Assembly (NCBI GenBank): GCA_005800965.1
Contig: SYEA01000048.1
Coordinates: 1-48,950 of the forward strand
Reading direction: 5' to 3'
Length of the DNA: 48,950 nt
DNA from: Actinomycetota bacterium
GTDB lineage: Bacteria; Actinomycetota; Acidimicrobiia; Acidimicrobiales; Ilumatobacteraceae
Made by a program: the position numbers and the translations under genes. The notes beneath the pieces are model-generated. The model had not been told where the DNA came from. It did no database searches and worked only from the letters and a program-made list of their open reading frames with translations. Each line of letters opens with the position of its first letter. The stretch's first letter is position 1. Below, piece after piece: positions 17,185-26,176 of this stretch.

Positions 17185-19041
17185 ATGCACCCCCACGCCC
17201 TGATTCCCCGCAACGCTGCAGCGGTGTCAGGCCAGTCGCTGGAGCGTGCCACCTTGCGTCGAGTCGGTGAATTCGCCCGCCCCTACGCCACGACCATCGC
17301 TATCTTCTTGGCCGCCATCATCGCGTCGGCCGTGGTGGCCTTGGTGCCGCCATTCGTTTTTCGGGCAATCATCGATACGGCGATTCCGACCGGCAACCGC
17401 AACCAAGTGTGGTGGCTGGCGTTATTGGCCGTTACTGCTGCGTTAGTGGAAGCAGCGCTTGCCATCGTGCAGCGTTGGGGGTCGGCCCAAATCGGTGAGG
17501 GCTTGATCTATGACCTGCGGGTTGCTCTCTTCACCAAGGTGCAGCGCATGCCCATTGCATTCTTCACCCGCACCCAGACCGGGTCGCTGATTAGTCGTCT
17601 GAATAATGACGTGATCGGGGCCCAAAGTGCGGTCACTTCCACTCTGGGCACCGCGGTAAGCAACTCCATTGTGTTGGTAACCACCGTGGCAGCGATGCTC
17701 ACCCTCGAGTGGCGCCTCACGGTGTTGTCCCTGGTGGTGCTGCCGGCTTTCATCATTCCGGCACGCCGAGTTGGCAAGCGACTGCAAACCATCGCTGCCA
17801 GACAGATGGATCTCAACGCCCAGATGAACACCCAAATGCAAGAACGCTTCAACGTGGCAGGTGCGTTGCTGGTCAAGCTTTTTGGTCGCCACAAACAAGA
17901 AACTGATGCGTTCTCGGGCCGTGCCGCTGGTGTTCGCGACTCGGGGGTCTTGGCTGCAATGTACGGACGCGTATTTTTTGTGGCACTCGGTCTGGTCGGG
18001 GCGCTGGGTGCCGTAGCGGTCTATGGCATCGGCGCTCAACTCGTGGTCTCTGGCGACATCACTTCTGGCACGCTGGTGGCCCTGGCTGCACTCGTGGCCC
18101 GCGTATACATGCCACTCACCGCACTCAGCAATGCACGCGTCGAGCTGCTCACTTCGTTCGTAAGTTTTGACCGCGTATTTGAGGTGCTGGATGCACCGGT
18201 TGCCATCAGCGATCGCGCAGGTGCCTACGACTTGGTTGCACCCCAGGGTCGAATCGAGTTTGACCACGTCACGTTTCGCTATCCCCCTGCTGCATCTGTC
18301 TCGGTGCCTTCACTCGAAGCCCCTGGTGCACCAACCGGAGACCCTGATCGCGATGTGTTGCGCGATGTCTCACTCACCGTGGCGCCAGGGGAAACGGTCG
18401 CCATCGTCGGGCCTTCGGGTTCGGGCAAAACGACGTTGGCGTCGTTGATTCCGCGTCTTTACGACGCAACTGCCGGTGTCGTGCGCGTCGACGGCCACGA
18501 TGTACGTGACTTGACCGCAGATTCACTGCATGCCGCAATCGGCGTGGTGTCGCAGGACCCTCACTTGTTTCATGAAAGCATCGAGTCCAACCTGCGTTAC
18601 GCCCGGCCCACCGCCACCGACGCCGACATCGTTGCTGCCTGTGTTGGTGCGCGAATCCACGACACGATTGCTGCACTGCCAGACGGATACCAAACCGTCG
18701 TCGGCGAACGCGGCTACCGATTCTCGGGTGGCGAAAAACAGCGTTTGGCAATCGCCCGTTTGCTGCTCAAAAACCCGGTGCTCATGATTTTGGACGAGGC
18801 CACCAGCCATCTGGACAATGAAAATGAATCTCTCGTGCAGTCAGCATTGGATGAAGCAATGCGTGGTCGCACCGCCGTCGTCATTGCCCATCGCTTGTCG
18901 ACGATCATCTCCGCAGACCGCATCTTGGTGGTGGAAGATGGCCGCATCGTTGAACAAGGTAACCACTCCGAGCTCATGGCACTCGAAGGTGCCTACGCCC
19001 GCCAAGTGCACGCTGGCGAAACCACCACAACACTGCGCTAG
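17185..19041 (+). CDS. ABC exporter, fused permease/ATPase (MsbA/type-I exporter-like)
   Basis: Six-TM N-terminal domain, then Walker A GPSGSGKTT, signature FSGGEKQR, Walker B LMILDEATSHLD and an H-loop (VIAHRLS). ATG 17185 is preceded by GGGAG. The track ORF start at 16849 would overlap mraZ and its leader. Confidence 0.9.
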   Translation: MHPHALIPRNAAAVSGQSLERATLRRVGEFARPYATTIAIFLAAIIASAVVALVPPFVFRAIIDTAIPTGNRNQVWWLALLAVTAALVEAALAIVQRWGSAQIGEGLIYDLRVALFTKVQRMPIAFFTRTQTGSLISRLNNDVIGAQSAVTSTLGTAVSNSIVLVTTVAAMLTLEWRLTVLSLVVLPAFIIPARRVGKRLQTIAARQMDLNAQMNTQMQERFNVAGALLVKLFGRHKQETDAFSGRAAGVRDSGVLAAMYGRVFFVALGLVGALGAVAVYGIGAQLVVSGDITSGTLVALAALVARVYMPLTALSNARVELLTSFVSFDRVFEVLDAPVAISDRAGAYDLVAPQGRIEFDHVTFRYPPAASVSVPSLEAPGAPTGDPDRDVLRDVSLTVAPGETVAIVGPSGSGKTTLASLIPRLYDATAGVVRVDGHDVRDLTADSLHAAIGVVSQDPHLFHESIESNLRYARPTATDADIVAACVGARIHDTIAALPDGYQTVVGERGYRFSGGEKQRLAIARLLLKNPVLMILDEATSHLDNENESLVQSALDEAMRGRTAVVIAHRLSTIISADRILVVEDGRIVEQGNHSELMALEGAYARQVHAGETTTTLR

Positions 19042-19073
19042 CCCAATTACATCAGTTGTCTCCGGGGCGACGG

Positions 19074-19748
19074 TCAGCCCAGCTTTGTCGCCAAAGCAGT
19101 GGCTGCTCGGTGGCCCGCGTCGTCGAGCGCATCGCCGACACCGCACGCATCGCGCAAGGTTGTCGGCACCGCCACCGCCAGTAACGACTCGTGCAATGCA
19201 ATGTCGATAGCACGAAACAACGTGCACTGAAATCGGGCGGCATCCTTGGTGCGTCGTTGCGAAATGCCGACAACTTTTTTGCCAGACCCGCTCCCCGATT
19301 CGCTGCGTAGCACTTCGCCAGGGCCGACTGCGGCAAAACACACGCTGCGCTCCAGCGCACTAGCCGCCAACTTATTGCGGTGCACCCACCAGGAATGCGT
19401 TGCATCCACTTGTTGCAACACGTCGCACCACACTTCACCCACCCACCATGTGGCTCGCTCCACGTCGTCGTGCCATAGTGGATGTCCGCGTGGCACCGTC
19501 ACGTCGATCCACACGTGATCATGTGGCTGCAAGATCACGATTCCGCCACCGCTACGCCGTCGCACCACGTCGAAACCCTGGTCGTTTGCGCGATCAACGT
19601 TCACGATGTCTTGGGCCTGCGTACTGCCAAGTACTACTGCGGCACGGGTGATCGCAAGCATTTCCACTCCTGCCAGCGCCGCGATCGGGCGATGGTGCAA
19701 TGTTGCAACATCACCATCTATGCGACGCACGTTCGCCGCGTCGCTCAT
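19074..19748 (-). CDS. lipoate/biotin protein-ligase-fold (BPL_LplA_LipB) protein
   Basis: VVRRRSGGGIVIL (RRxSGGG motif) and GKKVVGISQRR (candidate catalytic Lys). About 224 aa, so the catalytic domain only. ATG 19748 overlaps the HNH gene stop as ATGA. Confidence 0.7.
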   Translation of the reverse strand: MSDAANVRRIDGDVATLHHRPIAALAGVEMLAITRAAVVLGSTQAQDIVNVDRANDQGFDVVRRRSGGGIVILQPHDHVWIDVTVPRGHPLWHDDVERATWWVGEVWCDVLQQVDATHSWWVHRNKLAASALERSVCFAAVGPGEVLRSESGSGSGKKVVGISQRRTKDAARFQCTLFRAIDIALHESLLAVAVPTTLRDACGVGDALDDAGHRAATALATKLG

Positions 19749-20242
19749 GAAGCGATGGACAGGTACTGCTTCCAGGCCTCCGGCACCTTTTGTACCGACA
19801 CGGTGATCCACGCCAGATCACGCGGCAAGTGTGGCGTCTTAGCCAAAATCATCCCCGCTTCTTTGGGTGTGCGGTCGCGTTTGTGCAAGTTGCAGGTGCG
19901 ACACGCTGCTGCCACGTTTTCCCAAGCGTGCTCGCCACCCCGCGACTTGGGCATCACATGATCAATGGAATCAGCCGGCCGACCGCAGTACTGACACTTG
20001 TAGCCGTCGCGTGCAAACACAGCACGACGTGACAACGCCGTGCGCCGACGAAACGGGGCTCGCACGACGTAATTGAGACGAATCACCAATGGTGCTCGCA
20101 TCACCAATGTTTCGGCACGTACTTCGGTGCCGTCATCTTCGATGATCTCAGCTTTTTCAGACAGCACCAGACAGATTGCTCGTCGCGCCGAAACCACACT
20201 CAACGGCTCGAATGTTGCATTGAGGACGAGCGCGCTTCTCAT
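19745..20242 (-). CDS. stand-alone HNH endonuclease
   Basis: CQYCGRPADSIDHVMPKSRGGEHAWENVAAACRTCNLHK (CxxC...DH...N...CxxC HNH/Zn motif). N-terminus MRSALVLNATFEPLSVV is typical of the small actinobacterial HNH family. Confidence 0.85.
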   Translation of the reverse strand: MRSALVLNATFEPLSVVSARRAICLVLSEKAEIIEDDGTEVRAETLVMRAPLVIRLNYVVRAPFRRRTALSRRAVFARDGYKCQYCGRPADSIDHVMPKSRGGEHAWENVAAACRTCNLHKRDRTPKEAGMILAKTPHLPRDLAWITVSVQKVPEAWKQYLSIAS

Positions 20243-20246
20243 GTCA

Positions 20247-20519
20247 CTACGCCCTGGGTCTTTTTCTACTTTGATGGCGCCGATAGCCACGACACCACGC
20301 CAGGTAGGTCACCATGTCGTTGGCCGTAGGTCGGTGCATGGCATCACCGTACTGCGTCTCCATACGGAAGCGTAAGTACCGCGCGTCGGGTATCGGCAGG
20401 AACGGTGCCCGATGCCACCAGCCGTTTGGTGCCAACCGAAAAATCTGACCTACTGCCGTTGACCACAGCCCTGGTCGCCGAGCGACTGCCGTAGCTGCTT
20501 TGAACCACGATGACTTCAT
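20247..20519 (-). CDS. small basic conserved-looking hypothetical protein
   Basis: 90-aa ORF packed tightly between the acyl-CoA dehydrogenase stop (20528) and the HNH start (20242). WW/Arg-rich sequence (LAPNGWWHRAPFLPIPDARYLRFRMETQYG). No family name assigned. Confidence 0.55.
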   Translation of the reverse strand: MKSSWFKAATAVARRPGLWSTAVGQIFRLAPNGWWHRAPFLPIPDARYLRFRMETQYGDAMHRPTANDMVTYLAWCRGYRRHQSRKRPRA

Positions 20520-20527
20520 GGCGCTGC

Positions 20528-21748
20528 TCAGTTCGGTTTTGGTTCTTTCGGCAGGCCAAGCACCATTTCACCGATGATGTTGCGCTGAATCTGTGACGAG
20601 CCTGCGTAAATCGTTCCGGCTCGTGCATTTAGAAACGTCATGGCCCAACTCATGCTCGAGTTTGCAGCACCAGGGTCGTCGGTTTGAAATGCCGTGCTTG
20701 GCTTGCGTCCGACGGGAATCATTGCATCCATCCCCATGATGTCGATTGCCAGTTCCGTTGACTTGGTGTGATACTCGCTCCAGTAGAGCTTTGACACCGC
20801 GCCATCGGGGCCAGGGTGATGGCCTGCCAAAAACTTGGTCAGCGTGCGCCGCCCGAGATACTTCATGATCTGCACCTTCGTGTAGCACCACGCCAGTCGC
20901 TGACGGATTCGTGGATCGTTGACGACACCACGCTCGGTGGCAAGCGCAACGAGACGGTCGAACTCGGCTTCGTATCGGATTGGCCCGGTGGCTGCGGCTT
21001 CGCCGCGTTCAAAACCCAACAGCGCCATCGCAATAGCCCAACCGTTGTTGACACCACCAACCACGTTGTCTTTCGGCACGCGCACGTCGGTGTAGAACAC
21101 CTCGTTGAACTCGCTCTCGCCCGAAATCATCTTGATCGGACGCACCTCGATGCCGGGTTGACGCATGTCAACGAGCATGAACGAAATACCCTTGTGCTTG
21201 GCCACCGTCGCGTCGGTGCGCGCCAACGTAAAGATGTGAGTGGCGAGATGCCCGGCTGAGGTCCAGATTTTTTGACCGTTCAGCACCCATTCATCGCCGT
21301 CCAATTCGGCCTTCAGACCGACGTTGCTCAAGTCGCTACCAGCATTTGGTTCGCTATAGCCCTGGCACCAGATGTCGTCACCGGCAATGATGCGCGGCAA
21401 GTAGTAACGCTTTTGTTCTTCGCTGCCGAACAGCAAAAGTGTGTTGCCCAACATCTGGATACCGAACACATCGTTCATCGCCCCGGTCGGCACCCCGGCG
21501 CGGGCGAACTCTTCAGCGACAATCACTTGTTCGAGTGCCGACAATCCGCCGCCACCGTAGGCCGCAGGCCAACCCGGTGCCAGATAGCCGCTTTGGGCGA
21601 GATGCACTCGCCACTGAGCGATAAAAGTTTCGAGTTCCTGGCCGTCGAGGCCACCGATGCCCTTCCAGCTGGCAGGTAATTTTTCGGCGAGAAAGGCCTG
21701 TACCTTTTCGCGGTAGGCCTCGGCTTCAGGGGTATAGGTCGGACGCAT
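20528..21748 (-). CDS. acyl-CoA dehydrogenase family protein
   Basis: GWPAAYGGGGLS, QGYSEPNAGSDL, and the C-terminal YAGSSQIQRNIIGEMVLGLP block. ATG 21748 chosen; an alternative TTG lies at 21775. Confidence 0.88.
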   Translation of the reverse strand: MRPTYTPEAEAYREKVQAFLAEKLPASWKGIGGLDGQELETFIAQWRVHLAQSGYLAPGWPAAYGGGGLSALEQVIVAEEFARAGVPTGAMNDVFGIQMLGNTLLLFGSEEQKRYYLPRIIAGDDIWCQGYSEPNAGSDLSNVGLKAELDGDEWVLNGQKIWTSAGHLATHIFTLARTDATVAKHKGISFMLVDMRQPGIEVRPIKMISGESEFNEVFYTDVRVPKDNVVGGVNNGWAIAMALLGFERGEAAATGPIRYEAEFDRLVALATERGVVNDPRIRQRLAWCYTKVQIMKYLGRRTLTKFLAGHHPGPDGAVSKLYWSEYHTKSTELAIDIMGMDAMIPVGRKPSTAFQTDDPGAANSSMSWAMTFLNARAGTIYAGSSQIQRNIIGEMVLGLPKEPKPN

Positions 21749-21795
21749 ATCGCCGACGCTAGTTGAGCGCCCCAATCACGTCAGCACCGAGCCCG

Positions 21796-22656
21796 CTACG
21801 CCAATTTGCGTCGGGCAATTGCTGCAGCGCCCACGAGTGGCGCATCGCCACCCAGGCCTGCAGGCAACAGCCGGACGCCGCGGGCAAAATCGATGGCGGC
21901 ATATCGATCTGCTTCGGATTGCGCGGCACGAAAAAATGGTTCGCCAAAACCCAGGGCCACCGAGCCACCGATGACTGCCAAGCGCAGGTCCAACAGCGCA
22001 GCCACTGATGCCACTGCCCGACCGACATACATGCCGGTCTGCTCAACGACATGGGCGGGTGCATCGGCCGCTTGTTGGCCAGTCATTTCAGCGATGGCCG
22101 TGCCAGATGCGACGGCTTCAAGACAACCGCGTGCCCCGCACTTACACAGCCGACCATTGGGCACCACACAGATATGGCCGATATGGCCGGCGTTGCCACT
22201 GTCGCCATCAAGCAGCCTGCCGTCGGCGATGATGCCCCCACCCACCCCAGTAGACACCACCATGCCGATGACATCACGGCATCCCACTGCTGACCCACAC
22301 CAGGTTTCGCCGAGCACGACTGCTTTAGCGTCGTTGTCAACGAACGTTGCCAGACCGGTGAGTTCAGCCAACGATGATCGCAACGCAAAGTTGCGCCACG
22401 ACGGAATGCTCAGTGTCGACACCTTGTCGCCGTTGTCAGACATCGGCCCACCCGCGCCGACACCGCAAGCAATCAACTGCAGGTGTGCTGCGTCGGCTGT
22501 TACTCGACCAACCAACCCGGAAAGGGCGTCCCACACTTGCGTCGGGGGTGTTGCGCAGCGTTCTTGGGCAAGCACTCGCCCATCGAGCGACACCACACCG
22601 CACGACAACTTGGTTCCGCCGATATCCACGGCCAAATAGGCACGCTCGGCGGTCAT
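21796..22656 (-). CDS. ROK-family sugar kinase
   Basis: N-terminal AVDIGGTKL ATP-binding motif and the ROK zinc motif GHICVVPNGRLCKCGARGCLE. Confidence 0.85.
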   Translation of the reverse strand: MTAERAYLAVDIGGTKLSCGVVSLDGRVLAQERCATPPTQVWDALSGLVGRVTADAAHLQLIACGVGAGGPMSDNGDKVSTLSIPSWRNFALRSSLAELTGLATFVDNDAKAVVLGETWCGSAVGCRDVIGMVVSTGVGGGIIADGRLLDGDSGNAGHIGHICVVPNGRLCKCGARGCLEAVASGTAIAEMTGQQAADAPAHVVEQTGMYVGRAVASVAALLDLRLAVIGGSVALGFGEPFFRAAQSEADRYAAIDFARGVRLLPAGLGGDAPLVGAAAIARRKLA

Positions 22657-22666
22657 GACGAGATGT

Positions 22667-23020
22667 TTACTGGTCGCGGCCCATCTTGTCGCGCATTTGT
22701 TTGGCGTTTTCGCGTGTGGTGCGCAACATGGTGGCGAAGTCGCTCAGACCCACCTTGCCTACGGCACGCAGTTCGCGTTCGATAACCAGCACACAGCCAA
22801 GCATGAGCGCAAAGCCAGCGAAGCCCGCTGCAAAATGAATTTGCAAACCAACGAACACCAACGCCAACGACGCCACTGCCCCAAGGGCAGCCAAGCGCAC
22901 TTTTTTTACTGCGGGTCGGTACAAGCCCGATGGCGACACTGCTTGAGCGAAACGCTCGTCGCTTTCTAGTTGCGCTTCGATCTGGCGGAGAATCTGTTGT
23001 TCATTGTCTGACAACGGCAC
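22667..23020 (-). CDS. DUF3040-family membrane protein
   Basis: (M)PLSDNEQQILRQIEAQLESDERF head followed by two TM helices. GTG 23020 is preceded by GAGGTG; the track start is GTG 23029. Confidence 0.8.
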   Translation of the reverse strand: MPLSDNEQQILRQIEAQLESDERFAQAVSPSGLYRPAVKKVRLAALGAVASLALVFVGLQIHFAAGFAGFALMLGCVLVIERELRAVGKVGLSDFATMLRTTRENAKQMRDKMGRDQ

Positions 23021-23091
23021 GTTACGCACCTCGTGGGGCTAGGGCGTCAAACTTCATGAGACCTAAACATTAGTAGCGCCGTGTGATGTTG

Positions 23092-24366
23092 TCACCCCCT
23101 GCGTGGGCCCCATGGTGTGCTTTGGGTCTCGTCAGAAACGCCCGTGGTTATGGCGCTATCGCCGAACTTTTCTCGAATCTGGTCAATGGCCAGTGATGCC
23201 GTACGCCACTCCGATTCCGCAATTTTTTCGGGCTCGTCAAACAGGCTCAACTGGGTTTCGGGCAGCCCAAAATTTCGCACGCTCACCCCCGCCAACCGGA
23301 TGCCTTCGTGGACTTCTACATCCTCGAGCAGATCATCGATGATGGCGATGATTGCCTGGCTCGTGTCGACTGGTGGCTCAACGGTACGCGAACGCGACAT
23401 GTTGCGTAAGTCGCCGTAACGAATCTTGAGTGTGACCGTGAGTGCAGCCAGCCCCTGCTCACGACAGCGCCGTGCCACGGTGTCTGCCATCTGCAACAAA
23501 TGTCGCCGTAGTTCAAGCGGGTCGGTCACATCGTCACCAAAGGTTTCTTCACTGCCGATGGACTTGGCCTCGCGGTCAGGCTCGACATCGCGGTCATCGA
23601 GTGCATTGCTCAGCTCAAACAAATGCTCGGCCTGGTTGGCACCCACTGCCAACGCAAGAAGGCGCGGTTCGCATGCCGCGATATCACCGACGGTCTTCAT
23701 CCCAACGCTGTGCAACTTTTCGAGTGTGACCGGCCCGACACCCCAGAGCATTCCGACATCCAGCGGATGCAAAAACTCAAGCTCGGCACCTGGCGCAACC
23801 TCGAACACTCCGGGGCCAGGGTTGATTCGTTCGCGCGTGGCCCGTGGCTTGGCAAATTCTGTTGCCAGTTTGGCGATGAACTTGTTCGTAGCAATTCCAA
23901 CACTGCACGCCAAACCAACCTGTGTGCGCACCGCCTCGCGCACTTGTTGTGCCACGGTATGAGCATCACCGAAGATTCGCTGAGCGCCCGTGACGTCAAG
24001 AAATGCTTCATCAAGCGACAAGCCTTCGACTAATGGCGTGTACTGGCGAAACACGTCAAACACTTGTGCGCTGATCTCGCTGTAGAAGTCGTGGTCACCG
24101 TCCAAAAACACTGCATGGTTGCACAACCGATGGGCGTGCGCTGAAGCCATCGCCGAGCGCACACCGAATTGCCGCGCTTCGTATGACGCAGCTGCCACCA
24201 CGCCACGTTTTGCCGAGCCACCCACCACGACGGGCTTGCCGACCAGCTCGGGTCGCCGCAACAACTCACACGCCACAAAGAAAGCGTTCATATCCACGTG
24301 CAAGATTCGCCGCGGGCTGCCGTTTGCTCCTGGCGTGACGGGTGACCGTTGAGGTGTCACCGACAT
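23092..24366 (-). CDS. dinB: DNA polymerase IV (Y-family)
   Basis: ILHVDMNAFFVACE, SLDEAFLDVT and a GVGPVTLEKL HhH block. ATG 24366 chosen; the upstream Arg/His-rich extension in the track ORF (to 24621) looks non-coding. Confidence 0.92.
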   Translation of the reverse strand: MSVTPQRSPVTPGANGSPRRILHVDMNAFFVACELLRRPELVGKPVVVGGSAKRGVVAAASYEARQFGVRSAMASAHAHRLCNHAVFLDGDHDFYSEISAQVFDVFRQYTPLVEGLSLDEAFLDVTGAQRIFGDAHTVAQQVREAVRTQVGLACSVGIATNKFIAKLATEFAKPRATRERINPGPGVFEVAPGAELEFLHPLDVGMLWGVGPVTLEKLHSVGMKTVGDIAACEPRLLALAVGANQAEHLFELSNALDDRDVEPDREAKSIGSEETFGDDVTDPLELRRHLLQMADTVARRCREQGLAALTVTLKIRYGDLRNMSRSRTVEPPVDTSQAIIAIIDDLLEDVEVHEGIRLAGVSVRNFGLPETQLSLFDEPEKIAESEWRTASLAIDQIREKFGDSAITTGVSDETQSTPWGPRRG

Positions 24367-24389
24367 GAGGGCAACGCTAGTAATACCGT

Positions 24390-24662
24390 ATGAGGGCGAT
24401 GAACGACCGACCACTTTCTGCTTTGCCATCGCGTGCAGCACGCACCGTTGCCTTCGGCGCAATCGTGGTGTCGGGCTTCGCTGGCGGCACCATCGGTTAT
24501 GCGCTCGTTGATGTGCAGTGTGACGGTGTCTGTGCAACATCTTCGGGTGTGGCGATGTTGATTGGCGCAACAAGTTTTGCTGCAGGCATCGCAGTGGTAG
24601 CCGTGCTTGGGCTACGAGCAATGGGTGAATGGCGCGAGCGCGGCGACCAGCAAGTGCAATAA
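24390..24662 (+). CDS. small two-TM membrane protein (hypothetical)
   Basis: 90-aa ORF with two hydrophobic helices (TVAFGAIVVSGFAGGTIGYALV; VAMLIGATSFAAGIAVVAVLGL). Fills the gap between dinB and the IMPase gene. No homology call. Confidence 0.4.
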   Translation: MRAMNDRPLSALPSRAARTVAFGAIVVSGFAGGTIGYALVDVQCDGVCATSSGVAMLIGATSFAAGIAVVAVLGLRAMGEWRERGDQQVQ

Positions 24663-24678
24663 GTTGAACGAGCCGCCG

Positions 24679-25473
24679 ATGACTGCCGACCTATTGACCC
24701 TGGCGCAAAGCCTTGCCCGCCGAGCCGGCACCCAGGCCCGCATCGGGCGCAGCCAAGGGATGCAGGTCGTGGGCACCAAGCTCACCAACACCGACATGGT
24801 GACCAAGTTCGATCGCGAAGCCGAGGCGATGATCATTGCCGGGTTGCGTGCTGCACGACCAGACGACTCGATTGTCGGCGAAGAAGGCGGCGGCCACCGC
24901 GGCACAAGCGGAGTCGAGTGGCATGTCGACCCCATCGATGGAACCACGAGCTTTATGTATGGGCTGCCAACGTGGTGCGTGTCGATCGGCGCGCAAGATT
25001 CTGACGGTGCACTCGTTGGCGCCGTGTTTCTGCCCGACCTCGACGAAATGTTCGCCGCCCGACGCGGCCACGGTGCCACGCTCAACGACGCCCCGCTGCA
25101 CTGTTCAGGTTTGTCTGACGTAAGCAAGGCACTAGTGGCAACCGGATTTAGTTACACCCCCGCCCAGCGCACGGTGCAGTCGCGCCGCTTGACCGAATTC
25201 ATCCATCGCATTCGTGATGTGCGGCGCATGGGTGCTGCCGCAATTGATATCTGCTTCGTGGCTTGTGGGCGCCTCGACGCCTACTTCGAAGAAAACCTGC
25301 ACTCTTGGGACATCCTTGCTGCTGAACTCATCGCCCGCGAGGCTGGTGCGCGCGGCGGCGATTTCAGTGGCGGCCCGCTGCGCCCACCCGAAGTGCTGGT
25401 CGCGACCCCAGGTGTGTTTGATGCACTCTCGGCAATGCTGGTGGATGCTGCACGCAAACACCCACACGCCTGA
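24679..25473 (+). CDS. inositol monophosphatase-family phosphatase (SuhB/ImpA/HisN-like)
   Basis: EEGG, WHVDPIDGTTSF (DPIDGT) and WDILAAELIAREAGA (WD..A) motifs. ATG 24679 (MTADLLTLAQSLARRAG). Confidence 0.88.
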   Translation: MTADLLTLAQSLARRAGTQARIGRSQGMQVVGTKLTNTDMVTKFDREAEAMIIAGLRAARPDDSIVGEEGGGHRGTSGVEWHVDPIDGTTSFMYGLPTWCVSIGAQDSDGALVGAVFLPDLDEMFAARRGHGATLNDAPLHCSGLSDVSKALVATGFSYTPAQRTVQSRRLTEFIHRIRDVRRMGAAAIDICFVACGRLDAYFEENLHSWDILAAELIAREAGARGGDFSGGPLRPPEVLVATPGVFDALSAMLVDAARKHPHA

Positions 25474-25495
25474 CTAGCCACTACCTTGGGGCGTC

Positions 25496-26176
25496 GTGGG
25501 CACGCGCATTCTGACTGTCGAAGACGACGAACGAATTCGTGCTTCAGTGCGCTTGGCGCTCGAAGACGAGGGTTGGACGGTCGACGAGGCTGCGACCGGC
25601 GAAGACGCAGTCGAGTTATTTGTCGCCAACCCTGCAGATGTGGTGTTGATCGACATCATGTTGCCGGGCATCGACGGTTTCGAGTTGTGTCGGCGAATCC
25701 GCGCCAAAAGCAGCGTGCCCATTGTGATGGTCACAGCGCGAAGCGACACCCACGACGTGGTCGCTGGGCTCGAAGCCGGCGCCGACGATTACCTCACCAA
25801 ACCGTTCGCCCCCAAAGAACTCTCGGCGCGCATTCGCGCCCTCCTGCGCCGCATCCGCCCGGCAGATCACGTGCATTCGACCCTCACCTTCGGCGATTTG
25901 GTGATTATTCCCGAAGAAGGACGTGTCACGGTGCGTGGCGACGAGGTGCTGGTGACCAAAACCGAGTTCCGGCTGCTCTGCGTACTTGCCGAGAACCCAA
26001 GCGGTGTGTTCAGCCGAGAGCAACTATTGGAAAAGGTCTGGGACTACGACTACTTCGGCGACGGACGTTTAGTGGATGTGCACGTGCGGCGCCTGCGCTT
26101 GAAGATTGAACTCGACCCAGCGAACCCTCGTCACGTGGTCACCGTGCGCGGCCTCGGCTATCGCTTGCAGTCGTGA
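25496..26176 (+). CDS. OmpR/PhoB-family response regulator
   Basis: Receiver domain (ILTVEDDERI; phospho-Asp context VLIDIMLPGIDG; conserved YLTKPF Lys). Winged-helix output domain (...LTKTEFRLLCVLA...VTVRGLGYRL). GTG start. Confidence 0.92.
   Translation: MGTRILTVEDDERIRASVRLALEDEGWTVDEAATGEDAVELFVANPADVVLIDIMLPGIDGFELCRRIRAKSSVPIVMVTARSDTHDVVAGLEAGADDYLTKPFAPKELSARIRALLRRIRPADHVHSTLTFGDLVIIPEEGRVTVRGDEVLVTKTEFRLLCVLAENPSGVFSREQLLEKVWDYDYFGDGRLVDVHVRRLRLKIELDPANPRHVVTVRGLGYRLQS

Noticed and set aside
19745-20242. HNH endonuclease considered as part of a mobile element, homing cassette or defence system.
   Set aside because: It has no flanking repeats, integrase, intein/intron context or partner defence genes. 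It sits inside a tightly coupled housekeeping-type operon and matches the small HNH family widespread in actinobacterial core genomes.
24367-24389. The 23-nt divergent spacer between dinB and the small membrane-protein ORF, examined for a LexA/SOS box or leaderless promoters.
   Set aside because: No TCGAAC-N4-GTTCGA-type palindrome is present, and there is no convincing TANNNT hexamer at the expected distance from either ATG. Nothing can be supported from sequence alone.
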